64,000 nucleotides of DNA from Candidatus Lloydbacteria bacterium RIFCSPHIGHO2_02_FULL_50_18 (GTDB taxonomy: Bacteria > Patescibacteriota > Minisyncoccia > Phycocordibacterales > UBA6899), in the NCBI GenBank assembly GCA_001821395.1, contig MHLM01000012.1:32001-96000 (forward strand), read 5' to 3'. Position numbers and translations under genes: made by a program. This document shows, one piece after another, positions 18,359 to 28,944 of the stretch. Position 1 is the stretch's first letter. The number at the start of each line of letters is the position of its first letter. The notes below the pieces were generated by a model, which was not told the origin of the DNA, ran no database searches, and worked only from the letters and a program-made list of their open reading frames with translations.

Positions 18359-18658
18359 CTATATGCTATTTATGTCATTGAGCGAGTTGAGGTCTGTTGC
18401 CTCTAGATCCGCATCGATGGCGCTGATCTCGTCCGAGGTGCCTTGCACCTGGAACGCGGCTGTCGCAGTGTCGACCTCGGTGCTTGCCGCACCCGTCGTA
18501 TCCGAAGGGGTTGCTGCAGGCGATCCCGCGTCGTATTGCTGCATGAAGATGTACCAGCCGCCGACGAGGAGGGCGATGAGTAATGATAATCCGGCAATGA
18601 CGTTTCCTAACGTTCGGTGATGCCCCGCTAGTACGGGAATGTTTGTGTCTTGATCCAT
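18359..18658 (-). CDS. Hypothetical membrane-anchored protein (99 aa)
   Basis: A single N-terminal TM helix followed by an acidic tail. Confidence 0.45.
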   Translation of the reverse strand: MDQDTNIPVLAGHHRTLGNVIAGLSLLIALLVGGWYIFMQQYDAGSPAATPSDTTGAASTEVDTATAAFQVQGTSDEISAIDADLEATDLNSLNDINSI

Positions 18659-18667
18659 AGTGATGAA

Positions 18668-19450
18668 TTAATTAACTGTGGATGAAGCGGTGCTTGTAGC
18701 TGCAACCCCCTCGATCTTCACATTGGCTTTTAATGATACTATCGCCACGACAAGCGCCTTGTGTGCTGCGACGACGGCAATGCGGGCTTCCTCGAGGGCT
18801 TCACGGACCGGTTTGCCTGCGTCGCTCGGAGTTGTACTCCCGGTCATCGCATCAGCCTGAGTCGCCGCTCCCAATATTGAAGCTTCTGCTTTTGCGACTG
18901 CCGCTCTAGCCTCAGTAATCTTTGTTCGCGTGATTGCTACATTTGCAGTAGCGGAAGTAGTATCGACCCCTTTTTCTATGAGTTTTGCGATCCGTGAATC
19001 AACACGATCCGCTAATTTTTCGATGCGCTCGATCGCAGCATTCATGCGTCCGATCATTTGCCGAGCCATGCGTTTCAATATTTCGCTGCGGCGCTCTTCT
19101 TTGCGATCATTCATTTCCTGGCGCCGCTCGTCGATGCGCTCCTTGCGCTCCCCAAGAGGTGGCGTGCCACTCCCGATCAATCGGTCGCGTTCCTCCATTT
19201 CACGCTTGATCTGTGGAGGTAATGACCTCGTGCCACTGGCAACCATGCGCTCTTTTGTTGCGGGGGTACCGAGTGGTTGCGACCGCGTCGTCGTGGCACC
19301 ACGCGGGGGCAGCGGCATGACTCTTGGTAAATTGTTGCGCATCATTACCGGCGCAACGGTTGCTTCTTCAGATTGTTGCGCAAGCGCCGAAAGCGGGGTG
19401 CACAGTAAGAGTCCGAGGACACTGAATGAAATGAGTTGTGTTGTTTTCAT
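18668..19450 (-). CDS. Hypothetical secreted coiled-coil protein
   Basis: Signal peptide MKTTQLISFSVLGLLLCTPLSALA, then Arg/Glu-rich coiled coil and an Ala-rich C-terminus. Confidence 0.55.
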   Translation of the reverse strand: MKTTQLISFSVLGLLLCTPLSALAQQSEEATVAPVMMRNNLPRVMPLPPRGATTTRSQPLGTPATKERMVASGTRSLPPQIKREMEERDRLIGSGTPPLGERKERIDERRQEMNDRKEERRSEILKRMARQMIGRMNAAIERIEKLADRVDSRIAKLIEKGVDTTSATANVAITRTKITEARAAVAKAEASILGAATQADAMTGSTTPSDAGKPVREALEEARIAVVAAHKALVVAIVSLKANVKIEGVAATSTASSTVN

Positions 19451-19763
19451 AAAAAGTGTGGATAAATTAATACTAAAATTACTTTCTCCAGTATAGCAAA
19501 ACCCACACTTTTTGTGACGATACCGATCGCAACAGAGAAATTCAGCAAAATGAAAGCCATCCGACCACGCTTCTCCGCGGGGCATTCGCCTCCGCTGGTG
19601 TTCGGTAATAGTGCTTTATTGCCGACGTAGAGCGAGCGACCTAAAATTTCATCGAGTCTCTGCGAGTACTGAAATTTGGAAGTACTCTCTGTGGTGCGAA
19701 ATGAAAAAGTCTTCTTTTTCATTTCCGGGCGACCAATTTTTCTTAGCAGTATTCTGCTTTAGA

Positions 19764-19899
19764 AAAATGGAAGTACTCACCGTGGTGCCGAGGAGAGCTA
19801 AAAAAGGTTTAATACCCCGCGGCACAGCCCTAGACTCGCGCGAGGCTTTGCGAGCCCATCGCGAGTCCAGGGCTTGCCCTGGGGTTTAATACCTTTTAT
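19764..19899 (+). repeat. Repeat element A (about 136 bp), the inverted partner of 61154-61296
   Basis: About 97% identical to the reverse complement of 61154-61296. Contains an 11-bp direct repeat GGTTTAATACC flanking a GC-rich palindromic core; a partial terminal copy lies at 19679-19700. Confidence 0.85.
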
Positions 19900-19904
19900 T
19901 AAAC

Positions 19905-19935
19905 AAAACGTCCCCAATGTAACATTGGGGACGTT
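19905..19935. terminator. Bidirectional terminator (AAACGTCCCCAATGTAACATTGGGGACGTTT)
   Basis: Perfect 12-bp-arm palindrome downstream of hppA. Confidence 0.75.
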
Positions 19936-19957
19936 TGCGCGAAAAGATTGCCCGATA

Positions 19958-21961
19958 CTATTTTGCCATTAAGGCGACAAGGAGCAATGCAACAATGTTC
20001 AAAATCTTGATCATCGGATTGATTGCGGGTCCAGCAGTATCTTTATAAGGATCACCGACCGTGTCACCGGTTACTGCGGCCTTATGGGCATCACTGCCCT
20101 TGCCGCCAAAGTTCCCTTGCTCGATATACTTCTTTGCGTTGTCCCACGCACCTCCACCCGTGGTCATGGAAATTGCCACAAAGAGTCCAGTAACGATGCT
20201 TCCCACGAGGAGTCCACCGAGTGCCTCGGGGCCAAGCACGAACCAAACGATAACTGGAGCAAGCACAGGAATAAGTGCCGGAACGATCATTTCTTTCAGT
20301 GCAGCTGCGGTGACGATCTCAACTGCCTTGGAATAATCGGGTTTTCCGGTACCGTCCATGATTCCCTTGATCTCGCGAAATTGTCTGCGAACTTCTTCCA
20401 CAACGCTCCCCGCTGTTTTTCCGACAGCCTCCATGCAGAGTGCAGCGAAGTAGTAGGGAAGCATTCCTCCGATAAAGAGTCCGACGATAACGTACGGGTC
20501 CCCGAGCTCAAAGACCAATTTGTGACCGATGGCCTCAAACTCCTGCGTGTATGATGCAAAAAGAACGAGTGCCGCAAGTCCTGCTGAGCCGATCGCATAA
20601 CCTTTGGTTACCGCCTTCGTGGTGTTTCCCACGGCATCGAGAGGGTCAGTGATCGCACGTACTGACTCAGGAAGTTCTGCCATTTCCGCAATCCCTCCGG
20701 CATTGTCGGTGATTGGACCGAATGTGTCGATTGCGATGATAACTCCAGCGATAGAGAGCATGCTCATTGCGGCAACTGCGATGCCGTAGATTCCGGCGAA
20801 GGAGTGCGCAATTAAAATTCCCCCCACGATTGCAATGACGGGGAGTGCCGTTGCCTTCATCGAGATTGCCAGTCCTTGGATGACGTTTGTCCCATGTCCT
20901 GAGGTCGACGCCTTCGCTATCGACTGAACTGGTGCGTGGTTTGTGCCAGTGTAGTAGTCAGTAATGACGACAAGCAATCCGGTTACCACAAGACCAACGA
21001 GCGCCGCGATGAAAAGATTAATGGTTGGCCATGATCCGTTGTCGGTCATGAGCATATTTGTGACAGGGTAAAACGCGGCGGCTGATACAATCCCAGATAC
21101 GATGAGCGCCTTATAAAGCGCGCCCATGATATTTTGTGATTTACCGAGTTTGACGAACCACGTCCCTATAATTGATGCGATGATGGAAACTCCGCCGAGC
21201 ACAAGGGGGAACACGACCGCATTGGGAAAGTTGGGGAACATGAGTTCTCCGAGCAGCATCGCTGCGATTGATGTCACTGCATATGTTTCGAATAGGTCTG
21301 CTGCCATTCCTGCGCAGTCTCCGACGTTGTCTCCGACGTTGTCTGCAATGACCGCGGGATTTCGTGGATCATCTTCAGGGATACCTGCCTCTACTTTTCC
21401 AACCAAGTCCGCACCCACATCGGCTGCTTTGGTAAAAATTCCACCACCCAATCGGGCAAAGACAGATATCAAACTCGCACCAAAGCCAAGTCCGATAAGT
21501 GACTTTACATCACCAGTCCACCAAAAGAAGACGGTCAACGAAAGAAGCGCGAGTCCAACCACCATGAGGCCGGTGACGGCACCACCGCGAAATGCGACGG
21601 ATAGCGCGGGTGCTAATCCACCCTTTGCTGCCTCCGCTGTTCGGACGTTGGAGCGCACTGATACGTTCATTCCAATATACCCTGCAATGGCAGATGAAAC
21701 TGCACCAACGAGAAACCCTATTCCCGTAGTAATATCAAGAAAGTACGAGAGCAATCCAAATATGATGAGCGCTATTGGCGCAATCGCTTTGTATTGCTTA
21801 TTGAGGAACGCCTCTGCACCGATACGAATGGCACCCGATATCTCTTGCATGCGTGCGCTTCCCGCACTCATGCTCAAGATGCTTTTTGCAGTCCATAGAC
21901 CATAGAGAATGGCCAACAGAGAACTTGCTATTGCGAACAGAATATAATTACTCATATACAT
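19958..21961 (-). CDS. hppA: Membrane-bound proton/sodium-translocating pyrophosphatase
   Basis: [20 protein letters not shown] and [19 protein letters not shown] signatures; roughly 16 TM helices. Confidence 0.9.
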   Translation of the reverse strand: MYMSNYILFAIASSLLAILYGLWTAKSILSMSAGSARMQEISGAIRIGAEAFLNKQYKAIAPIALIIFGLLSYFLDITTGIGFLVGAVSSAIAGYIGMNVSVRSNVRTAEAAKGGLAPALSVAFRGGAVTGLMVVGLALLSLTVFFWWTGDVKSLIGLGFGASLISVFARLGGGIFTKAADVGADLVGKVEAGIPEDDPRNPAVIADNVGDNVGDCAGMAADLFETYAVTSIAAMLLGELMFPNFPNAVVFPLVLGGVSIIASIIGTWFVKLGKSQNIMGALYKALIVSGIVSAAAFYPVTNMLMTDNGSWPTINLFIAALVGLVVTGLLVVITDYYTGTNHAPVQSIAKASTSGHGTNVIQGLAISMKATALPVIAIVGGILIAHSFAGIYGIAVAAMSMLSIAGVIIAIDTFGPITDNAGGIAEMAELPESVRAITDPLDAVGNTTKAVTKGYAIGSAGLAALVLFASYTQEFEAIGHKLVFELGDPYVIVGLFIGGMLPYYFAALCMEAVGKTAGSVVEEVRRQFREIKGIMDGTGKPDYSKAVEIVTAAALKEMIVPALIPVLAPVIVWFVLGPEALGGLLVGSIVTGLFVAISMTTGGGAWDNAKKYIEQGNFGGKGSDAHKAAVTGDTVGDPYKDTAGPAINPMIKILNIVALLLVALMAK

Positions 21962-22050
21962 CTTTATACTATTTTTAATAATGAGATTTCCAAAGATTAT
22001 CGCTATTTTACCTACAAAGCACATGCTCGCGCAATACGCGAATGTGACCG

Positions 22051-23397
22051 CTAGTTATTGTCGGTGTTCGTATTTTCCTCGACAACCTCTTTGTCTTCTG
22101 CGGCCTCCTCCGCCTCGGTAACAAGCTCAGTGTTTGGCTCTCCGGCTGACTCGTCGGATGCGATGAATTCCGCCACTTCTTCCTCGGGAGTACTCATTGG
22201 TTCAGCAATCGCTCCCGGTGTCCCCGCATAGGCCTCCCCTTCGGTTGATTTGATGTCGATACGGAATCCCGTAAGTTTTGCGGCAAGGCGTACATTCTGT
22301 CCGCCGCGTCCGATCGCAAGGGAGAGCTGATCAGAGGTAACTTCCACGGTCGCATGTCGTTCTTCTTTGTTGACGATCACACTGCGAACCTTTGCCGGAG
22401 AAAGGGCGTCTGAAATGAATTTTTCGATATCGGGTGACCATTCAATGACATCGATCTTCTCTCCCGCAAGTTCGGAGATGACCGTTGCGACACGTACCCC
22501 GCGTTGTCCGACGCACGAACCAACAGGATCGATGTGTGGATCGTTTGAATACACCGCAATCTTCGTGCGGGATCCCGCTTCACGCGCGATCTCTTTCAGT
22601 TCGACTACGCCGGTGGATACTTCAGGTGCTTCGATCGCAAAGAGTGCGCGAACAAAGTTTGGATGGGCGCGTGAGAGTCGAAGATTAATCCCTCGCGGTG
22701 ATTCCTCAACACTATAGAGGTAACTACGCAAACGTTCTCCGGTACGATAACGCTCCCCCGGGATCTGGTCTTCATATGACAGCAGTCCTGGTGCGCGCCC
22801 AAGGTCAATAAAGATATTTCCGCGCTCGATGCGCTGGACGATACCCGTCACGATCTCCTCTCCCTTTTGTGCGAATTCGTCTAAGACCGAAGACTTCTCA
22901 GCCTCACGGATCTTTTGGATGATCACCTGCTTTGCGGTCTGAGCGGCAATTCGGCCGTAATCATCCTTTGCTTCGAGATTAAAGACGAGCTCTTCGCCAA
23001 GCTCCGCGTCTTTTTTGATGAGTCGCGCATCTTCGATCATGATGTGATGCTCAGGATTGAAGCGCACGCGCGTGTCGATGTCTCCCTCTCCCTCAGCGCC
23101 GACGATCGGCTCGGGTGCGGAAACGAACGGACGCACTGGAGCATCATCTTCTTCCTCCTCTCCCTCGATCGGCTGGCGCACCATCGTGTCGTCGACGACG
23201 ATCTTTACCTGCTCAAAGTCCGTCTTTCCGGTGTCCATGTCGAGTCTTGCGCGCACGATCTGCCCCTTTTTGCCGTAGTCTTTCTTGTATGCGGCAGCAA
23301 GCGCAGCCTCGATGGCGTCGATGATCTTTTCCTTCGAGATACCGCGCTCCTCCTCAAGCTGCTCTAGAGCCGACTTCATTGTTTTTAGATCCAACAT
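22051..23397 (-). CDS. nusA: Transcription termination/antitermination factor NusA
   Basis: NusA N-terminal, S1 and KH domains, with an acidic C-terminal tail. Confidence 0.9.
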   Translation of the reverse strand: MLDLKTMKSALEQLEEERGISKEKIIDAIEAALAAAYKKDYGKKGQIVRARLDMDTGKTDFEQVKIVVDDTMVRQPIEGEEEEDDAPVRPFVSAPEPIVGAEGEGDIDTRVRFNPEHHIMIEDARLIKKDAELGEELVFNLEAKDDYGRIAAQTAKQVIIQKIREAEKSSVLDEFAQKGEEIVTGIVQRIERGNIFIDLGRAPGLLSYEDQIPGERYRTGERLRSYLYSVEESPRGINLRLSRAHPNFVRALFAIEAPEVSTGVVELKEIAREAGSRTKIAVYSNDPHIDPVGSCVGQRGVRVATVISELAGEKIDVIEWSPDIEKFISDALSPAKVRSVIVNKEERHATVEVTSDQLSLAIGRGGQNVRLAAKLTGFRIDIKSTEGEAYAGTPGAIAEPMSTPEEEVAEFIASDESAGEPNTELVTEAEEAAEDKEVVEENTNTDNN

Positions 23398-23518
23398 ATA
23401 TAGTACGAATTATGAATAACTGGTAATTCATGGTTTCCCTTAAATAGGAAAAATTAAAACAGCGTACCGTAGTACCCTGTTTATGATGATTGAATGCTAG
23501 CAAGGGGAGTGATTCCCG

Positions 23519-23944
23519 TCAATGCTTGATCCCGGTTGCGTGATTCTTCTCCGATTTTTTGGCTGAACCATTCTTCTGCACTACGAATTCGGGTGCAAAT
23601 ACGAAATGTTCCCGCTTTTCACCGCATCTCGGACATTTGTACGCGACGCCATAGCTGCGGACATGAGTGTTGAGTCTGTCGGGTCTTCCTCCGAGCCACT
23701 TCAGCTCATATTCTGTATCCGGAGGCAGCGCACCGGAGACCCCAGAGATCACCCCCCTCGCGATGTAGTGCTTATTACTCATAAGGCACTCGCGTTGCTC
23801 CAATATCGTGACCTTGTCCCCGACCTTTGCAACGGCGGCTTCGACCGGCAGTTTTTCGCATGCCTCGCACGCTTTTTTGGATGAATACGCCGTTTTACAC
23901 GTTTTGCAAATATAGGTTGTGACGATCTTCCTCTTCGCTTTCAT
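23519..23944 (-). CDS. Hypothetical zinc-ribbon protein (141 aa)
   Basis: CxxC...CxxC...CPRC motifs. It occupies the position usually held by rimP upstream of nusA. The ORF-track N-terminal extension was rejected because a clean ATG with context lies at 23944. Confidence 0.5.
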   Translation of the reverse strand: MKAKRKIVTTYICKTCKTAYSSKKACEACEKLPVEAAVAKVGDKVTILEQRECLMSNKHYIARGVISGVSGALPPDTEYELKWLGGRPDRLNTHVRSYGVAYKCPRCGEKREHFVFAPEFVVQKNGSAKKSEKNHATGIKH

Positions 23945-24041
23945 GTTCTGACCCCCCTTATGATGAACGACTTTTTGCATCATACACGCAATTATCGGTG
24001 TTGCAACGGGTAATCCTTGATATAATGAATCAAGCAAATTT

Positions 24042-25793
24042 ATGCTCGTCCAAGAAAGCAAATTAAAGAAATTTATTCTCGATTCCGGGCTCACATCACG
24101 GTCGGAGATCCTTGCCGCCGAGAAAGATGCCGAGAAGGAAGGTGGGAGTATCGGAGATGTATTAGTGAAGCAGGGCAAAATATCCTCTGATGACCTGCGC
24201 CGTGTCCAGGCATATATTCTCGGCATTCCATTTGTGGATCTGCGCGGGCAGAAGATCGATTTTGCCATCCTTTCATTGATCCCCGAGCCGATTGCACGCA
24301 AGCACAATATCGTCGCATTTCGAAAAACGGATTCCGGTCTTGAGGTCGCAATGCTTGACGTTGATGATCTTGAGGCGATCGACTTTGTGCGTAAAAAGGT
24401 GGGGTTACGTATTCTCCCGCGATTGACGGATCAAGAGTCGGTAAAGGGATCATTGCTGCAGTATCAAAAATCTCTGAAGGCGGAGTTTGGTGACCTCATT
24501 CAGCAAGAAGCACAGTCGATACAAATGCTTGCCGAAGATGAAGATAATCCTGCGTCAGAAAAAGATCTGAAGAAACTCGCGGAAGACCTTCCTGTGGTGC
24601 GTATTGTTGATACGCTCTTGAATCATGCCATCATTCAGTCAGCGTCCGACATTCATATTGAACCGATGGAAAATCAATTGCTGGTGCGCTATCGCATCGA
24701 CGGTATTCTTCACGATGCCATGGTGCTTCCACGAAATTCTGCACCGGGTATTACCGCGCGTATCAAGGTGCTTTCGAATTTAAAATTGGATGAAAAGCGG
24801 TTGCCTCAGGACGGACGGTTCAAGATCCAATTGAACAATGAGAAGGTCTCTTTTCGTGTCTCGACGCTTCCGACACATCATGGAGAGAAGACGGTTATGC
24901 GTCTTTTGCGCGAATCATCAGGAGGTTTCTCGCTTGAATCATTGGGTTTTCACGGGCAGGGACTTGAGGCGCTCCATTCGGCGATGAATCAGCACGTCGG
25001 AATGCTGCTCGTGACCGGGCCGACCGGTTCCGGTAAGACAACGACGCTCTATACATTGCTCGATATCCTGAATACTCCCGATGTGAACATCTCCACCATT
25101 GAGGATCCCGTTGAGTATCAGATGCCGCGTATCAATCAGACACAAGTGAAGCCGGAGATCGGCCTCACCTTTGCCATGGGGTTACGCGCACTCCTTCGCC
25201 AGGACCCCGATATCATCATGGTGGGAGAGATCCGCGACGGTGAGACAGCCTCACTTGGAATCAATGCCGCGCTTACGGGACATTTAGTGCTGTCGACCCT
25301 GCATACGAATTCCGCCGCCGGAACATTACCGCGTTTCATTGATATGGGCGCAGAGCCGTTCCTCATCATCTCAACGGTGAACGTCATCATCGGACAACGG
25401 CTCGTACGTAAGTTGTGCGCCACGAAAGAGAAATATAATCTCTCAAAGGCGGAGCTTGATGCATTAGGGAAAAAGGCAAACCTCGATATCGTCCTCGCTT
25501 CACTCAAGGAGGAGGGGATAGTAGCAAAAGATATAGCGTGGGCGGATGTCCCGTTTTATAAAGCGAAACCTTCCCCTGAATGTGATGAGGGCTATAAGGG
25601 GCGTCTGAGTATTCATGAAGTGCTACACATGTCGTCGGGGATCCGTGAACTTGCCGTCGCAAGTGCATCTGCAGAAAAGATCGAGATACAGGCGCGCAAA
25701 GAAGGGATGCTGACGATGCTTGAAGACGGGATATTCAAGGCAGCCCAAGGACTCACGTCCATCGAAGAAGTCTATAGAGTAGTCAGCGAGTGA
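24042..25793 (+). CDS. pilB: Type IV pilus assembly ATPase PilB (GspE family)
   Basis: GSPII_E N-terminal domain, Walker A GPTGSGKTTT, and Asp and His boxes. Confidence 0.9.
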   Translation: MLVQESKLKKFILDSGLTSRSEILAAEKDAEKEGGSIGDVLVKQGKISSDDLRRVQAYILGIPFVDLRGQKIDFAILSLIPEPIARKHNIVAFRKTDSGLEVAMLDVDDLEAIDFVRKKVGLRILPRLTDQESVKGSLLQYQKSLKAEFGDLIQQEAQSIQMLAEDEDNPASEKDLKKLAEDLPVVRIVDTLLNHAIIQSASDIHIEPMENQLLVRYRIDGILHDAMVLPRNSAPGITARIKVLSNLKLDEKRLPQDGRFKIQLNNEKVSFRVSTLPTHHGEKTVMRLLRESSGGFSLESLGFHGQGLEALHSAMNQHVGMLLVTGPTGSGKTTTLYTLLDILNTPDVNISTIEDPVEYQMPRINQTQVKPEIGLTFAMGLRALLRQDPDIIMVGEIRDGETASLGINAALTGHLVLSTLHTNSAAGTLPRFIDMGAEPFLIISTVNVIIGQRLVRKLCATKEKYNLSKAELDALGKKANLDIVLASLKEEGIVAKDIAWADVPFYKAKPSPECDEGYKGRLSIHEVLHMSSGIRELAVASASAEKIEIQARKEGMLTMLEDGIFKAAQGLTSIEEVYRVVSE

Positions 25794-26069
25794 CGGGCAT
25801 TCTCGCGGATTATTTCGTTGAAAGCTTGCGAGGCTCATTCACCGTACTCAGAAGTACGCCTCATATCGCTTCGCGCTTTCGCCTCGTACTCCATCGAGAA
25901 TACCAATCACTCTATTCGGCTAAATCTGGCGTCTATATTTGTTAGCGGCCCACTGCCCGTCCTTCCTAGCTTTCGTTTCGCATCAAGATCATTCACTCAC
26001 TCGGGAACAGCGAATGAATGATTTTGCGTTTTATTTGTGAAAAGAGTAGAACTACAAAGGAACAATTGA

Positions 26070-26375
26070 ATGAAATTTCACATGAAACTTATTCGTGACA
26101 AGATACCCGGCATCGCTCATGCAAAGGGTGAACAGCTGCAGTGCCATAAGGCGGATCCCGCAGAATATCGCTATCATCTTCGAGAAAAGATTCTTGAAGA
26201 GGTTCATGAATTTCGTGAGTCTGGAGAGGCAGAGGAATTAGCTGATATTCTGGAGGTTGTACGGGCGATAGCAAATGAGCGCGGTTTATCGATGCGCAAT
26301 CTTTATCTCCTTCGTGATAAAAAGCGCCGAGCACGGGGAGGATTTGACGGACGGATCATTTGGCAAAATGAGTAG
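26070..26375 (+). CDS. MazG-like nucleotide pyrophosphohydrolase (PRA-PH-like small protein)
   Basis: KLIRDKIP N-terminus and EELADILEV motif typical of small all-alpha NTP pyrophosphohydrolases. Confidence 0.55.
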   Translation: MKFHMKLIRDKIPGIAHAKGEQLQCHKADPAEYRYHLREKILEEVHEFRESGEAEELADILEVVRAIANERGLSMRNLYLLRDKKRRARGGFDGRIIWQNE

Positions 26376-26527
26376 ATCGAGCAAGTCGGCTTGTAGGATC
26401 GGACATCGTGTCCGGTCTTTTGTTATTGCCCATGAGAATGCCATGAGTTTCGGTCACGACCATGCGCGAGTAAGGAGTGTGGAAAAGCGTGTCACGCAGA
26501 CTATTTTCCTATATAATAAAATGAACT

Positions 26528-27745
26528 ATGCCCAAGTACACCTATAAAGCACAATTGCTCGCAACTGGTAGTGAGATGGAAGGAACCGCAGAAGCAGCGG
26601 ATAAATTTGAACTTGCAAAGAATATAAAGATGGAAGGAAAACTTCTTCTTAGCGCAACCGAGCTCTCCGATTCACCCTGGAACATGGACAAGATCAACGC
26701 CTTGCTGACGAAGGTTGACCTGCGTGAAAAGATCTTGTTTGCGCGCAATATGGCGACGATGATCCAGGCAGGACTTCCTCTTTCACGAGCATTGCAGATC
26801 TTTGTGAAACAAACGAAGAATCCGAAGTTTCGTACGGTATTGAGCTCCATCATCGAAGACATTAATAAAGGCACTTCTTTTTCCGATGCCATGGGAAAAT
26901 TCGAAGATATTTTTCCGGCCGTCTTCATTTCAATGGTACGTGCAGGTGAGGAATCCGGCGGACTCGTTGAGGCGCTCAATGTTGTTGGCGGACAGATGGA
27001 AAAGACCTATACGATAAAGAAAAAAGTAAAAGGCGCAATGATGTATCCTGGGATCGTCCTCATCGTCATGCTTGCGGTGGGGGTGCTGATGATGATCTAC
27101 GTTGTTCCCGGACTTGCGGCAGGGTTCAAGGAGGCCGGCGCTGAATTGCCCCCCCTGACAAAGGCCATCGTGGCTATAAGTGATTTTCTGCAGAATGACC
27201 TCCTCCTCGCATTGCTCGGTGTCGCCGGTGTCACTGCAGCATTCTGGTGGTACAAGCGCACGACGCTCGGTTCTCGTTCCATTGACTGGCTAGTAATCCG
27301 CCTCCCTGTTTTTGGTAAATTGATCAAGGAGTTCAACTCCGCACTTGCTACTCGTACGCTGTCATCACTCATATCTGCGGGGGTGGATATCGTCCATGCG
27401 ATCGAGATCACCCAAGACGTGCTCGGTAATATCTTTTATAAAGAAACGCTAGAACAGGCGAAGATTAATGTGCAGAAAGGAGTCCCTCTTTCCCAGGTGT
27501 TCATCGAAAATAATGAGATCTACCCGGTCATGGTGGGAGACATGATGGAGGTTGGGGAAGAGACCGGACAGCTCTCGGGAATGCTGCTCAAGATCGCGAC
27601 GTTCTATGAAGAAGAGGTTAGTCAGGCGACCGAGGACATGTCAAAGCTCATCGAACCGCTGCTCATGGCCATCATCGCCGTCTTTGTCGGCATTTTCGCG
27701 GTCGCAATGATCACCCCCATGTACTCGATGATGCAAAATATCTAA
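26528..27745 (+). CDS. pilC: Type IV pilus platform protein PilC (GspF family)
   Basis: Two T2SS-F repeats and three TM segments, 405 aa. Confidence 0.85.
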   Translation: MPKYTYKAQLLATGSEMEGTAEAADKFELAKNIKMEGKLLLSATELSDSPWNMDKINALLTKVDLREKILFARNMATMIQAGLPLSRALQIFVKQTKNPKFRTVLSSIIEDINKGTSFSDAMGKFEDIFPAVFISMVRAGEESGGLVEALNVVGGQMEKTYTIKKKVKGAMMYPGIVLIVMLAVGVLMMIYVVPGLAAGFKEAGAELPPLTKAIVAISDFLQNDLLLALLGVAGVTAAFWWYKRTTLGSRSIDWLVIRLPVFGKLIKEFNSALATRTLSSLISAGVDIVHAIEITQDVLGNIFYKETLEQAKINVQKGVPLSQVFIENNEIYPVMVGDMMEVGEETGQLSGMLLKIATFYEEEVSQATEDMSKLIEPLLMAIIAVFVGIFAVAMITPMYSMMQNI

Positions 27746-27885
27746 GCATTTATTTGTATTATCGTTTCATGAGGTGTGACGACGGAGGATGCATGCGGAG
27801 GGGGCGGACATGCTGCGGTGCTTCGGTCTCGCGGTGATCGTTGGATTTTCGGCAAACGAAAATATTTTAGGCGACATTTCGAATT

Positions 27886-28359
27886 ATGCTCAATTCACAA
27901 CACACAACTCGCGGAGTGACACTCGTTGAAATATTGCTGGTGATCGCAATCACGATACTGCTTGCGTCTGTCGTGCTTTCTTCGTTTGGACAATATCGGT
28001 TGCGGCAGAGTCTCGCAGGTTCGATCGAAAGCGTGCTCGCGGCAATAAGCGCGGCACATCTGAATACCATTTCTTCAAAAAATGACAGTCCTTATGGGGT
28101 CAATCTCAAGCCTGACGAGGCGATCTATTTTGCCGGTGATTCTTATCCGGGAGATACCGATCCCGCTAATATTCATTACGTGCTACCGGCGACGATCGAG
28201 ATCGCAAATGTCAGTCTTAATGGTGGTGATACAAAAATATATTTTAAGAAGCTTATGGGGGCTACCGACAATTATGGAACATTTGATATTCGCGCAAAAA
28301 CAAGCACCGGCGTAGGTACGACAGTGACGATCTATCAGACCGGGGCGACATCCATCTGA
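27886..28359 (+). CDS. Type IV pilin, likely the major pilin (157 aa)
   Basis: Class III signal followed by a hydrophobic helix (RG|VTLVEILLVIAITILLA); it is the first and shortest pilin of the locus. Confidence 0.7.
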   Translation: MLNSQHTTRGVTLVEILLVIAITILLASVVLSSFGQYRLRQSLAGSIESVLAAISAAHLNTISSKNDSPYGVNLKPDEAIYFAGDSYPGDTDPANIHYVLPATIEIANVSLNGGDTKIYFKKLMGATDNYGTFDIRAKTSTGVGTTVTIYQTGATSI

Positions 28360-28373
28360 TTGTTCATATAAAT

Positions 28374-28943
28374 ATGATGAAACTCAAACACACAAAGACA
28401 GCAGTAAGAGCAGCACTGAATGGAGGCAGCTTCTTCCTCACTTGCCGTCCGTCGCGATGCCGTCGAGGTCCGACATCGGGATTTTCCATCGTTGAGATCA
28501 TTCTTGGTATCGGAATGCTGACAACGGCACTCGTTGCTGTTTCAGCGTACTATATAAGGCTGCTCACCGTCAGTGAGTTGACTACCGAGCACATTCAGTC
28601 AGGGTTCTTGCTTGAGGAGGGGGTTGAGGTTATGAAGCTGTTGCGTGACGAGAGTTGGTCGACAACAATCGCCCCACTTTCCACTACGACGACGTACTAT
28701 TTGTCCTGGAATGGAACGAAGTGGACAGCGACAACAACAAAGCAGGTCATAGAGAATATTTTCACACGCTCATTGGAGATCAGTGACGTGAATCGTGACA
28801 ATGTAACCTACAATATTGATCCTACGGGTACATATGATCCTGGAACTAAGAAGGTCACCGTGAGTATTGGATGGCAGAGAAGAGGCGGGAACGTCGCTAC
28901 CGACACGGCGCAAACTTACATCATGAACCTTTTTAATAATTAG
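28374..28943 (+). CDS. Pilin-like protein (minor pilin)
   Basis: G|FSIVEIILGIGML motif; the leader before the cleavage site is unusually long at about 36 aa. Confidence 0.55.
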   Translation: MMKLKHTKTAVRAALNGGSFFLTCRPSRCRRGPTSGFSIVEIILGIGMLTTALVAVSAYYIRLLTVSELTTEHIQSGFLLEEGVEVMKLLRDESWSTTIAPLSTTTTYYLSWNGTKWTATTTKQVIENIFTRSLEISDVNRDNVTYNIDPTGTYDPGTKKVTVSIGWQRRGGNVATDTAQTYIMNLFNN

Positions 28944-28944
28944 T

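Noticed and set aside
19611-19889. 92-aa ORF covering repeat element A
   Set aside because: Its reading frame is created by the GC-rich repeat, and the same sequence occurs inverted at 61.2 kb in a non-coding context.
21126-21905. 259-aa plus-strand ORF inside hppA, and the many similar antisense ORFs inside rny, nusA, pilB, cheA, fusA and others
   Set aside because: They are antisense shadows of confidently identified genes with Ser/Pro/Arg-rich nonsense composition.
23945-24307. N-terminal extension of the minus-strand zinc-ribbon ORF (to 262 aa)
   Set aside because: The extension would overlap pilB by 265 nt. A clean ATG at 23944 gives a compact 141-aa protein.
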